64,000 nucleotides of DNA from Paraphysomonas bandaiensis (lineage: Eukaryota > Protista > Chrysophyceae): contig CBFFRP010000267.1 of the NCBI GenBank assembly GCA_965644295.1, positions 1-64,000 on the forward strand, read 5' to 3'. The position numbers and the translations under genes are program-made. Shown piece by piece: positions 13,380 through 24,184 of this stretch. The notes under the pieces are model-generated. The model searched no databases and was not told the origin of the DNA. It saw only the letters and a program-made list of their open reading frames with translations. Positions within the stretch are counted from its first letter, which is position 1. The number at the start of each line of letters is the position of its first letter.

Positions 13380-13565
13380 TTACAATAAGCGATATGAGAG
13401 GAAGTATGAGCCCTCTCTTTACAAATCCCGTTACATATGATCTTCTTCCAAGACACTTGTTGGGCATTCAAATATATTTCTAAAGTCTGTATCCCTGCAG
13501 TAGAACATCCTGTGCATCTACTAAGTTTCATTTCCAGTTACAGACAGAGATGACATTTCCCCCTT
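13380..13565 (-). pseudogene. Decayed MYND-type zinc-finger coding fragment in the palindrome spacer
   Basis: Reads GKCHLCL*LEMKLSRCTGCSTA...QQVSWKK...GICK, matching MYND Cys spacing (CxxC...RCxxC...W..H...C) with an in-frame stop and apparent frameshifts. Confidence 0.45.
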
Positions 13566-14035
13566 GAATTTGGAACAATAATGTATATATGTTACATTTG
13601 TTTACTTTTGAACATTTTCTTTGTTTAGATCGTTAAAGAAAAGTTATGTCCTCGTTAGACTAAATATTGCATATTATACGTTGTCATGTAAAATGTACAA
13701 CACATCGAAAAATTGTTTTACATCTTTGATGTCTCCTCTGATCAACTTCAGTATCTCAAAATGTCATGTTACTTTAGCTATATATAATATTTATGACTAC
13801 GTGTTAAGTGTTACAGCTACTACTAAGTCGACATTAAATTTGTATTGTAACACACAATAGTAATGCTGACCTAAATTCAGTAAAAGCAAGACCAGAGTAA
13901 GTAAGAAAAAATTGTATTTAATAATTCTGTATTAAAATAATAAATAACAAATAACACTTCAGTTATCAAACCTCTCACACTCACAATAAATATTGCAAAT
14001 TATTTCGAACTTCGCGACTGAAGGGAGACTTACGC

Positions 14036-16882
14036 TCACAGTTCACTCAAAGTGGGTGAAAATTCAAGTAAACGGGGCAATTGATCACTCTTCACAAGCG
14101 CTTCGACGGGTTGATCATGCACAATAGTAGCCATAATCATTGTTGAGTGCTCCACCTTCTCGATGGGATTCACACTCTTCTGGACAATTGTATCCATAAG
14201 ATTCCTGTCGAAGCAATGGGTAGCAGCCATCACAACGTGTAGAGCTGCATCCTCAATCTGTAACCCTCCCGATTTCGACAGAGCGTCTAGAAGATCAAAC
14301 GCTGCGACCTTCTCACTCTTCTGCTTATCAGAACGAAGTGTGCTGGTAGTGACATCAGCTAACAATGACTTTTTGAATTTTTTGCTCCATGTGCTACCAA
14401 CATTGATAATAGTCGGACGAACAGATCCTTCCTTATCCATGGACTCAAATTTGCTATCCAGCTGGTGAGGAATCTTCGTATAGTCGGTCACACCTGGCGG
14501 GGCTTCCTCGACTGAATCTTGAGAAGTATCAGGTATACCAGTGTCTTGACGATTGGGTGCACTGGGTTCGCTGAGATGCTGAATCTCCTCACGGACCGCT
14601 GCAGATCGTGGTGGAGGAGGAGGGACTTGACCCATAGCATTTGTGGGGCGTGCAGCCGACTGCGGTGAAAAACCAACCGATCTGGAAAATCCTTTGTTCC
14701 TTGACACAGACTTCTTCTTGGGCAAATTCACGGACTCAGACAATGCTGATCTTTCAGCTAAAGGGTCATGATACAATCTCTCTTGCTTCTGCTCCTCAAT
14801 CTCCTTATCCTCGGCAGAGCGTATCATATCGCGGAGTGCACTAACATGACCTTTTACCCTATCGAGCTTCTCCTTTACAGACGCTATGTCCTCTCCATCA
14901 TACGACATGAGATCGGAGGGAATTTGATACTTAATGAACATCTCCATTAGGTCCTGAGCAAGACGAATTTCTTTCGTGAGGCTGTCAGGTGGAAGTTTCA
15001 ACACTCTCTCCAGCTGCGGCTTGATCTGAATTACGCATACGCCAAATAAAGTACTCTCCAGCTGCATACCTCGGAAGGCCTTAGCAAACCTTTGTTGCTC
15101 GGGGGATAGACTCGCGATGGCGTCCTTAAATTCCTTGGCAGAAGGAATTGTCTCCAGGTCCAAAGGGATACTTATTTCGTCCTTGTCTTTAACAATCATG
15201 CCGTACTTGGGTTCAAATGTAGTCGCACTTGAAATACGTCCAATGAGGACGATAAAGCTACTGAACTGTCTAGCTTCCGCACGAAGTGTTAAACAAGGAG
15301 CTTGACATCCAATGACTTCACACATGGGTAGACGTTCACTCTCGAACTTATGCATCATGTGTGCGTGTAAATATCGTTCACCAGTAAACGAGACAGATGT
15401 TGCAGCGTTGAGCGTGAATTTCATGGGTGTTGAAGCTACACTGCGACTCACTACAGTTGCTATTGGCTCGGGGATGGAATTATCGCAGTACTGTTCAATG
15501 CTGAGCACACCCTCTGGTGCATGGTCAGGGGAGCGGCGTATGGCGTGACAGAACGGACGGGGTGCATACTCGGCACGGAATAGTTTGGTGTTGTGAAATC
15601 TCATGTAGTGATTGAAGTCTTCTGGAGTCACAACTTTACCAATAGCACTCACCAACTGCTCTCGGATGAGACTCTCAATGTAGTCTACCGCGTCCTTGTA
15701 ATGCTGACAAAGCTGTTGAATATGTAGCAGTGTGATTAAAAGTGATCCCTCAGCAGCGGTTATCAGAGTGGCAGTGGCTGTCCGGGATGGAAACACTGCG
15801 TCCATCTTTTCGAAACATGATTGCAGAGATCGTGCCTCTTCGTTTAAAAAGCTTTCAACCTGATGAACGCCAAGCACGACTTCAGGAGATTGACCGCGAT
15901 TTTGTAGACCACCTTCGGGAAGGTTCGTGGTTGCTGTCAGGTCGTGAGAACCCTGTCTGCGGACACGACCAGAGGGTGCACTTGTCACATCCTCTATCGC
16001 ACGGGCCGAACTACCGGACGGAGAAATAGAGGAGTCTATCATTAAAGGAACTACAGGAACAAATATATCGCGAACGTGGATTGCGCCTAGATCAAGACCA
16101 CTTTCCTGTTCCACGGGAAAGAGCACAGATGTGAAATAACGGTGCACTTCCCCGCACCATATAAACAAGTCTCGGTAACAGATTAAGAGATCTTCCACTT
16201 GCTTATTTCTGCGAGGAGTGTGACAAGTGTCAAGCCCTCTGTTGATTCTGAATAATGGTGTTGCGGTGGACGATCCCGGTTCCTCCCCAGGTGCTAATAG
16301 CTGAAGCAAGTGCGTTATATTTACATCCACGGGATCTCGAACTACCACTTCACTGTGTGGTGCATTCTCCACATTTGTTTTGATCTCAGTTTTCCCAGAT
16401 TTCTGAAATATCTGTATAGAATCACCTGGCGACTCGCCTGTCCCGCAGAATGCTACCACTTCATAAGTGCATTCAAACCTCCAGAAATATTCCGTTATTG
16501 TCGTAACGGTCTTGCTCGTAATCTTTGGACCATACGAAAACTCCGTTACATGCTTCGTGGCTGAGTCAACATCTCGTTTGGTCTCTCTTAGAAACACACA
16601 TCGTTCCGTTGAAGTGAATCGCAGAGAGACTGATTTCGATCGAGACCATTCAATCATTCGGTTGAAACAAGATTCCATCGATCCGATCGTAGAGAGTGTA
16701 TTGACAGTAGCAGCAAGAGCTAAATTAGCCACCATATCAGAGAGAAGATACTTGTCCTGGTACTGGTGACTCACATCTGCGGGAAACACAGGCCGCTTAT
16801 CATTATCCAGCACACGTCGAGCATGAACCAGAGCCGTCTCTACTTGTTCACGGAATCGTTGTTCATTCCATTCTTCACTCAT
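14036..16882 (-). CDS. Uncharacterised 948-aa protein, copy B of the inverted pair
   Basis: Matches copy A except E/G (RINRELD vs RINRGLD), I/V (FIILIG vs FIVLIG) and a shorter, different internal segment after RLYHDP. Confidence 0.9.
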   Translation of the reverse strand: MSEEWNEQRFREQVETALVHARRVLDNDKRPVFPADVSHQYQDKYLLSDMVANLALAATVNTLSTIGSMESCFNRMIEWSRSKSVSLRFTSTERCVFLRETKRDVDSATKHVTEFSYGPKITSKTVTTITEYFWRFECTYEVVAFCGTGESPGDSIQIFQKSGKTEIKTNVENAPHSEVVVRDPVDVNITHLLQLLAPGEEPGSSTATPLFRINRGLDTCHTPRRNKQVEDLLICYRDLFIWCGEVHRYFTSVLFPVEQESGLDLGAIHVRDIFVPVVPLMIDSSISPSGSSARAIEDVTSAPSGRVRRQGSHDLTATTNLPEGGLQNRGQSPEVVLGVHQVESFLNEEARSLQSCFEKMDAVFPSRTATATLITAAEGSLLITLLHIQQLCQHYKDAVDYIESLIREQLVSAIGKVVTPEDFNHYMRFHNTKLFRAEYAPRPFCHAIRRSPDHAPEGVLSIEQYCDNSIPEPIATVVSRSVASTPMKFTLNAATSVSFTGERYLHAHMMHKFESERLPMCEVIGCQAPCLTLRAEARQFSSFIVLIGRISSATTFEPKYGMIVKDKDEISIPLDLETIPSAKEFKDAIASLSPEQQRFAKAFRGMQLESTLFGVCVIQIKPQLERVLKLPPDSLTKEIRLAQDLMEMFIKYQIPSDLMSYDGEDIASVKEKLDRVKGHVSALRDMIRSAEDKEIEEQKQERLYHDPLAERSALSESVNLPKKKSVSRNKGFSRSVGFSPQSAARPTNAMGQVPPPPPRSAAVREEIQHLSEPSAPNRQDTGIPDTSQDSVEEAPPGVTDYTKIPHQLDSKFESMDKEGSVRPTIINVGSTWSKKFKKSLLADVTTSTLRSDKQKSEKVAAFDLLDALSKSGGLQIEDAALHVVMAATHCFDRNLMDTIVQKSVNPIEKVEHSTMIMATIVHDQPVEALVKSDQLPRLLEFSPTLSEL

Positions 16883-17168
16883 TGTATTGATGGAGATCAG
16901 TATACTCTATGTAAATAGATGATGTCTGCTATGTATATTAATCCTATGCTTTAGCATACGTGTACACTGGTATGTATTGTTTATGTATAGGATGGATACA
17001 CTTCAGGCATATCTTCCTTGATGTATCTTGAAAAGACACTACTATGAGATGGTGTGGGTTTTTACATACAAAAAAGAACTATTTATCTCACAAACTACAC
17101 ACTTTTTTGTCCAATCCAGAAATGAAAAGTCTGCAAACCGGATTTTCTTGTGATATGAAATATGCAGG

Positions 17169-17170
<2 letters not shown>

Positions 17171-17200
<30 letters not shown>

Positions 17201-17346
17201 TGTATGTATGTATGTATGTATGTATGTATGTATGTATGTATGTATGTATGTATGTATGTATGTATGTATGTATGTATGTATGTATGTATGTATGTATGTA
17301 TGTATGTATGTATGTATGTATGTATGTATGTATGTATGTATGTATG

Positions 17347-17380
<34 letters not shown>

Positions 17381-17484
17381 TGTATGTATGTATGTATGTA
17401 CTGGTGTATGTATGTATGTATGTATGTATGTATGTATGTATGTATGTATGCATGTATGTATGTATGTATGTATGTATGTATGTA
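17171..17484. repeat. (TATG)n microsatellite, ~310 bp, in a divergent intergenic region
   Basis: Near-perfect tetranucleotide array with a few interruptions; it produces the spurious YIHT/MYVC ORFs in the track. Confidence 0.99.
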
Positions 17485-17630
17485 TACGTAAGTATGATCT
17501 ATATGTACCACTCATATACGTGCCAGGAATATGAAGCAGAATAGTATATTCGGCTATATATTAATCTAAGAGGAACTCACTTCCCTCTAGTAACATAAAC
17601 ATTAAACCACACTATATATCGATCTCAAGT

Positions 17631-18952
17631 ATGTTAATTTCATTCGGATTAAATGAAGATGGTCAATGTGGATCGAAAAGGTCGTTATCATTCTATATAT
17701 CATCAAACTCTCTTGTAATTATATTATCAACAGAAGAACAAGTGAAATAGATTCACAAGAAAGAAAAGGATCTCCTCAATCTCCTTTATCTCCTATAAGG
17801 AAAAGAATGATGAGTTCAATGGTAAAACAAGGATCTGTTCCAACTGTTCTATCGTTCCCTGTATTATGTCGTATTAAGTCAGTAGCAGCCGGGTCTCGTC
17901 ATTCTCTGGCACTCTCAGAGGATGGTAGAGTGTTTGCATGGGGATGGGGGCTTCTGGGACAGCTCGGTCTAGGACACAATAAGAATATTCATAACCCTGT
18001 TCAAATTCCTGGGTTTTCCGAACCAGTGGTGTCAGTATCTGCAGGCGGCATGCACTCTGCATGTATCGATGAGCTAGGGCAGTGCTATACTTGGGGCTCT
18101 GCTCAATATGGGCAGCTAGGACAAGGTGAAATGGCAGTTGAGGATTCCATCCGTAATGCGCCTGGAAAAGTAACCGCTCCGGACTGTGTGGATCGATTCG
18201 TTCTCAAGAGGGTGGCTTGTGGGGGCATGCATACCGCTGCAATCGATGACGATGGGGCCGTGTGGTGTTGGGGTCGTGCGGATAGCGGCCAGGCAGGCTG
18301 TGGTCAGTGGTTGTTTAACTTTTTTTCTGGGTTGGTGGTGCCGCACCGAGTGACGGCGGTCACAGAACCGGCCACCGCAGTGGCATGTGGGGGCTTTCAT
18401 ACTGTTGTTGTAACTGAAGCAGGCAGAGTGTTTTCCTTTGGGAAGGAGGATTTCGGCATGCTTGGTACAGGAAACGGTGGAGATGGGGGAAAGCCAAAAA
18501 TCATAGAGGCTATTCGGGATAAGCGTGTGGTAGGCGTAGCTTGTGGAGGTTGGCACACATTGTTGTGGACTGATGAGGGGGAGATGTTCGCATGTGGAAA
18601 GGGAGAGTACGGTCGATTGGGCCTGGGGCATGAAGAATCCCGTACAGAGCCCACTAAAGTTGACTTAGGAGAAGATGTGCGGGTTGTGGCTGCCTCTGCA
18701 GGAGGTTCGCACTCAATGATTCTGACTTCTGCTGGAGTGGTGTATGCGGTGGGCCGGACGGACGATGGAAGATTGGGAGTTGATGGAGTCAGTGGGGACA
18801 GACTCTGTACACCTGCTCGTATAGACGGAAAATTTATTGCTCCACATTTTGAAAATCCAAAAGTCACACAGGTGTGTACAGGAGGCTCACATTCTTTTGT
18901 TTTGACTTCAGCCGAGGATAAAGATGCCCCATCAGTGTCAGTTCTGGGTTAG
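17631..18952 (+). CDS. RCC1-repeat (UVR8/HERC RLD-like) beta-propeller protein; exon 1 17631-17680, intron 17681-17733
   Basis: Repeated VAxGxxH(S/T)...(W/F)GxxxxGQLG motifs; upstream exon MLISFGLNEDGQCG splices in frame to RTSEIDSQ. Confidence 0.9.
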
Positions 18953-19256
18953 TGCTCTATATTTTCAGTATCGTGGTAGTTGGGAAGACGAAGTATTTTC
19001 AAAATTTAAAAGCACCAAACAAACAAAATTAAGGCAGGAATGTATATTTTACGATATCACTAATAATGATACAGTTATTTAATCGTTGGTGAAAGTATAG
19101 GGTATAGGCAGATTTTATTTTCTGCGGATCATGGTAATATATAGACATATAGTACATCAATATACAACGAAATGCCAGTACCATGTATAGCTAGCCAGTA
19201 ATTAGTTAAAACAAGGGACGAGGTAGGAGGTAGTATTAACATCAAATCAAACTTTA

Positions 19257-21239
19257 TTATTTAAGAGAAATGTCACTAAAGTAAAGGCGCAATAAACCCT
19301 GTAACCTACTCAAGTGCTGCATTAAATATTCCCATTCATCGCGATCACTACACTTTTGACATGCAGTGCTATTCTCAATCGTGTGCTTAATGATTGAAAA
19401 AATTACTCTGATTTCGGCAACCGATACTCCTAAATAACTAGCAACTATGCAATCGTCCTCGTAGTCTCTATCTTTGCGCTCGTGGCCAATATCACTTCCC
19501 TTACCCTCAATTACGAGACACAGCAATTCCACAGATATCATACATACTGCAATGCATCGATTCATCTCGTCGGTCGACAGACTTTTCCCAGTGTCACTTT
19601 TTCCAGTGGCACACGATACAACCGTTGACAGCACACATCCAACGATGGTACATAGTAATGGAGCTGCACAAACAGCTTCCAATCTCATAGCAGCCGCGAC
19701 ATCGTCGTCGGTAGTTGCTATTCGCAGAACTACTGGTAGGGCCGTGACGGCCACATCTACCGCAGAGCCATCTGCTGCAGGTACACGCATATACGCTCTC
19801 GATAAACTATTCGGTGAGCACTCCTGATATTCCTTGAGTTTTCCGAATAAGACATCAAGCACACGGTTGCGGAAGAAAAATGAAATGGCAGTCGGATTTT
19901 GAACACAGTCCTCCAATCCCTCTCCCAGTGGTGGTACTCGGCTACAGGCGGGTAGAAGCGCCCCAAGTACTGTGACAAACGGTTCGTGCAAGGAATCGTC
20001 TTCCTGAATCCACTGGGCAAATGTCATCATGATACGATCCAGGATACGGTGCATACCGAGCGCAACTGAACTATCCAAAACAGAGAACGATCGAGACGCC
20101 TGACGCACAAACTGAAAAAATAGCTCCACCGATGCCACCATCTCCTGCGCCAACAACAACTATATTATGCACAAAAGGAAGATAAATATAGACCTCACCT
20201 TTTGAAATTGTAGCATTGCGAGACTAGGAAGGTTTTCCCATACCCCTTCATCTTCACTCAATAGGAGTCGTAGCATCGCGTCAAAGACATCACAGCAAAC
20301 AAACATCATATTCACGGCTCTCTGCACCCTTTCGTCATAATGCGCAGCTGGAGTGGAGAGCTCAGAGGAGTTGGTGGGGGATATTGGCGTCGCATCAGCT
20401 TCTTTATCCTCGGTGTCTACTAGAGTACAGTACTCGTGGAGGAGAAGCCTAAATTCTCCACACACCACTGAGCACAAAAGCATTGCGAATTGCCCCTTGT
20501 GTTGCCCAGATTGTTCTGCGCCATTAGAGGCTACACTTTGATCCTCCGTCTCCACAGTCCATCCCGGAGAGAGTCTAGTCAAGAACATCGCGGTTGCAAT
20601 CATGAATACATCTCTAGTTTCCTCAGTGGCTGAACCACGCCAACCCATAACCATGAGACTACGCAGTGCCTTACTCTCCTGCACTGATAAAGATATATCT
20701 TTCGGAAAAATCATAACTAATTCAATCAGAATGTCGAATATACATGAAATGTTGTCATTCGTGATGTCAGATACCGAAGACAAAATGCACCTGAATATCG
20801 ACTCACAGTATTTGTGGCCACTGGCAATGCATACTTTCACAAGAAATTCTTGGACAGTGCTTCGAACTCGAGGCTACAAAATAACATTATGTATAAAATA
20901 ATTACATTGCATCCATATGACCTCACTAGTCCGAATTAGTATATTGTATATATCAGTACACCTGGAGGAGAATAACTTCAACAGATCTGAATACCCGCCA
21001 ATCCTTTGCAACAGAGACAATGCCGTATCTTGAACAGATGTTTCATTTACACATTGTTTTGTTTGAAGAACACGAAGTATAAATAAAGGTGATGCTTTAA
21101 GTATGACTTGCTGTAATAGATCGTGTATTTGTTGGGTAGAGTTGGAGTCATCTAGACGATCGGCGTATTTGACAGATAGTAACAAGCCTGCAAGTTTTTC
21201 TTCGTTCGTTGGTCTTTGTAGTAGGTCTATGAACTCCAT
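19257..21239 (-). CDS. Neurochondrin-like ARM-fold protein; 3 exons
   Basis: N-terminal NEEKLAGLLLSVKY...FILRVLQT resembles the neurochondrin N-terminus; helical composition; GT-AG introns near 20923-20875 and 20198-20160 join the three ORFs. Confidence 0.65.
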
Positions 21240-21392
21240 TATTCAGCACTATCAGTATATGGACATGAAATAAACACTGATAGGTTAGTTGTTAATACAC
21301 ATACACATACAATGCAAGGAACTTCTTAGCTCGACTAACAGTCCCACCACAGCATACGTACTTACCTACCTAATGTACCTACCTACCAACAA

Positions 21393-21427
21393 ACATACAT
21401 ACATACATACATACATACATACATACA

Positions 21428-21457
<30 letters not shown>
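21393..21457. repeat. (CATA)n microsatellite between divergent genes
   Basis: ~16 perfect units preceded by degenerate TACC units. Confidence 0.97.
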
Positions 21458-21458
<1 letters not shown>

Positions 21459-21740
21459 TTTCAAAACTGAAAACACCACCCTCAATATGTCGCTTCAAGA
21501 TCTCCCAGTGCTATGGTTCTGGTCTGGTGTGTGTGTTGTGAGTAGAGTCTACTTAAACACTCCTCTATACTCGTATATATAATTAGGTTGTGCTGCCCTC
21601 GACCAAATTGAATAGGTAAGTCTCATATCTCACCCCTATCATCTTCCTGTCATTTACATCTACTCTTACATATGCATACTTCCCCTGAAGTGACCTCTAT
21701 AACACATCTAATCTTAATATATATATGTATATACAGTAAT

Positions 21741-22043
21741 ATGCCCAAGGATCTTCTTTACCCATCCCTCGCTGAGGAAAAGAACAAGCATAAGCTTAAG
21801 AGATTAATTCAGTCTCCTAATAGCTATTTTATGGATGTTAAGTGCCCCGGATGCTTCCATATCACCACTGTGTTCTCCCATGCCCAGGTATAATATATAG
21901 ATGCAGTTACTCGTTAATCTCATACGTATGCATCAATATAGACTGTTGTTGTGTGCACTGGGTGCTCGATGATGCTTTGCCAGCCTACTGGAGGAAGATG
22001 CAGACTCACTGAAGGGTGCTCTTTCAGAAGAAAGGTTGATTAA
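21741..22043 (+). CDS. RPS27: 40S ribosomal protein S27 (eS27); intron 21888-21941, probable 5' UTR intron ~21616-21736
   Basis: MPKDLLYPS...[34 protein letters not shown] / [31 protein letters not shown]. Confidence 0.97.
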
Positions 22044-22708
22044 ACTTCTAGTTGCAGTTGTGTACGTAGAGGATCATGGTCGTGTGGCAAGTATAAATAA
22101 TTAGCCAAGGGCAGGTCAATATATTATTTCAAATGAGTTTAAGAAAACAGGTTAGGTGTACTTTTACGGTGTGCGCTAGGCAGTCCAACACAATACCAGT
22201 GGAATATCTAGAGAATATACTATCCCATTGCACTAATATGACAATTACAATACATCCTTGGAAAGGGTGTACGTTAACAAGATAATCACCTTATTGTAGT
22301 GCTACTTAACGATTCTCAAACCAAAGAGATAATAGTCAACGTATGCGACGAGGCTAGCTCCACAACTAGTAGCAATATGAAGCTATTAATTTTGTCTAAA
22401 AATAGTGTTCTTTTCACCTGAATTCGATTCAACAGAACACTCATATTTGCACCAGGCCAATATAGACATTCAACAGTCCTATATCATAATTATTTTAAAT
22501 TATAAAATCACATTATTCTTCATTCTATATTACACATCCCACTCGTTTAGTGAAAGTAACAACGGTAAAGTCATAAGTCAACTTTCACAAACAGAAAATC
22601 AAACACCAAACACTCCACGTTATATTCCATCCTTCGTCTTATGTAGATAATCGAAGATCATAATGATGTCAATTCAAATGAGTAGTGAGAGTCGTGATGT
22701 CTTATTAT

Positions 22709-23772
22709 CAGGCTTGCGTAACAATTAATTGGTGACAGGTGTCCAACAATAATAATTGCAATTATTAATCAAGCACCCAATTATTGGCAATGCAATGAAT
22801 TGGCAATACTTGCCAAATAATTGCCTATAATTTTATTGATAGATTTTAGAATAACTTTCTGAACAATAATCTCATACCAAAGGTGTCTAGGTTTTATTCG
22901 CTTGCAAAAATCTAGTCATAACAACCTCTCATAAACAATTGGTAGTGCTATACGAAGATCGTATATCGTGTTGGAAGTTTGATGCGTGCTTTTTGGCGCT
23001 TTCAGTTGTCTTTAAGTAAACCAATGGCGTCGTCTTCCTTCTCCTCGCCTTTTACTTCAAGTTCACTTTTGTGTGCAGGTACATCATTAATCAAAAAGCG
23101 TCGTACCTGTGCTTTTTCAGCGCGATTCAGTTCTTCTTCCCTACAGCGCTGAATTTTGACTACTGCTCTCTCGAAATCTGCATTCTGAACATTTTCTGCG
23201 TCAGCACCCAAGTGAAATTTCATCCCAGAGGGTACTGACGAATTAATCATCAAATTTGTTCATTCGATGCCATCCTGTTGAATAAATAAGAATGGTAAGT
23301 ATGGCTATCCAATGTTTCTAGTCCATTATTATTGTTAACACACTACGGATCCTTTGTATTAAGGTATTCTTGCACACACATACTTCTCTTCGTCTGATAG
23401 TTGTACCTAACGGTAACACTTGTAACGTCTTTTACACTACAATACTTGAATATTATTTCAAAGTAGTTGAATATGCTGTCACACTATATGCTATGCATCC
23501 CAACGATCTTTGGCATGATCGCTTGCATGCTGAGGTTAAAGTGTATACTAACCCAAATTACGATTAAGAAAATGATAACGAAACTGTGCACATGAATCCA
23601 TACTACTATATGCTAATATATAATGGATGTGTACCTAAGATCAGTAGCTAGATATCGTAAGAAGCTATATATAATTTAGCCAGCCTATTAATTGCAATTA
23701 ATTGGCAACAATTACCAATGATAATAATTGAAGTTAGCACTTTCAAAACCAATTAATTTTTACGCAAGCCTG
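22709..23772 (-). mobile_element. Internally deleted hAT-superfamily DNA transposon
   Basis: TIRs CAGGCTTGCGTAAcAATTAATTGGT / ACCAATTAATTTTTTACGCAAGCCTG; 8-bp TSD CTTATTAT / CATATTAT (1 mismatch); AATTG(G)CAA subterminal repeats at both ends; transposase-like remnant 23002-23253 (HLGADAENVQNADFERAVVKIQ...AEKAQVRRF) followed by a frameshifted TTNC..ERL-like motif. Confidence 0.85.
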
Positions 23773-23980
23773 CATATTATAACGAATTACGAATAGGCGT
23801 TGAAGAGTCGGAACTAATTTAGCATTGCAATTTTACTAACTCTAGTAGATAACTAGAGCTTAACTATGATATTGCTATTTCAAGTTACCACAAGCACCAA
23901 AGTGCAACCACTTTTGCTCTATCACTCAAAGCAAACGCAGTGAGCAAGCAGAATGTTGATATATCTGACATCTGCTGACC

Positions 23981-24184
23981 TCAGGATATTTGGAGATATT
24001 TTACCACATCAACAGCTTCAGATATCGCACTTAAACGTTCCTGAGATATTCTTGAAGTTGTTTCAAATTCCTGATTGTGAAAAGGTAGATCGCTTGCTCT
24101 GACATCACTATGATCTTCTGCAACATACAAAGGATGGAGTATAACTTGGAGTGTTTGATGATCAGCTTTGGATAGTTGGCTCAT
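23981..24184 (-). pseudogene. Short ORF or truncated gene fragment; N-terminus weakly recalls TTC36
   Basis: MSQLSKADHQTLQVILHP resembles the 'D..VL..I.(N/H)P' start of TTC36, but the frame stops after 67 aa and no TPRs are visible. Confidence 0.25.

Larger units (their letters stand above)
8877..16910. repeat. Large inverted duplication: arms ~8877-12051 and ~13814-16910 around a ~1.76 kb unique spacer
   Basis: Arms are reverse complements from 28 bp upstream of the ATG to ~220 bp past the stop; only about seven substitutions spotted by eye outside one divergent internal block. Confidence 0.97.

Noticed and set aside
9018-16769. Paired small antisense ORFs that appear twice in the ORF track
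   Set aside because: Shadows of the duplicated long ORF, not independent genes
17042-17544. YIHT/MYVC repeat ORFs (also near 21289-21582 and 43509-43979)
   Set aside because: Translations of (TATG)n microsatellites, which lack stops in all frames
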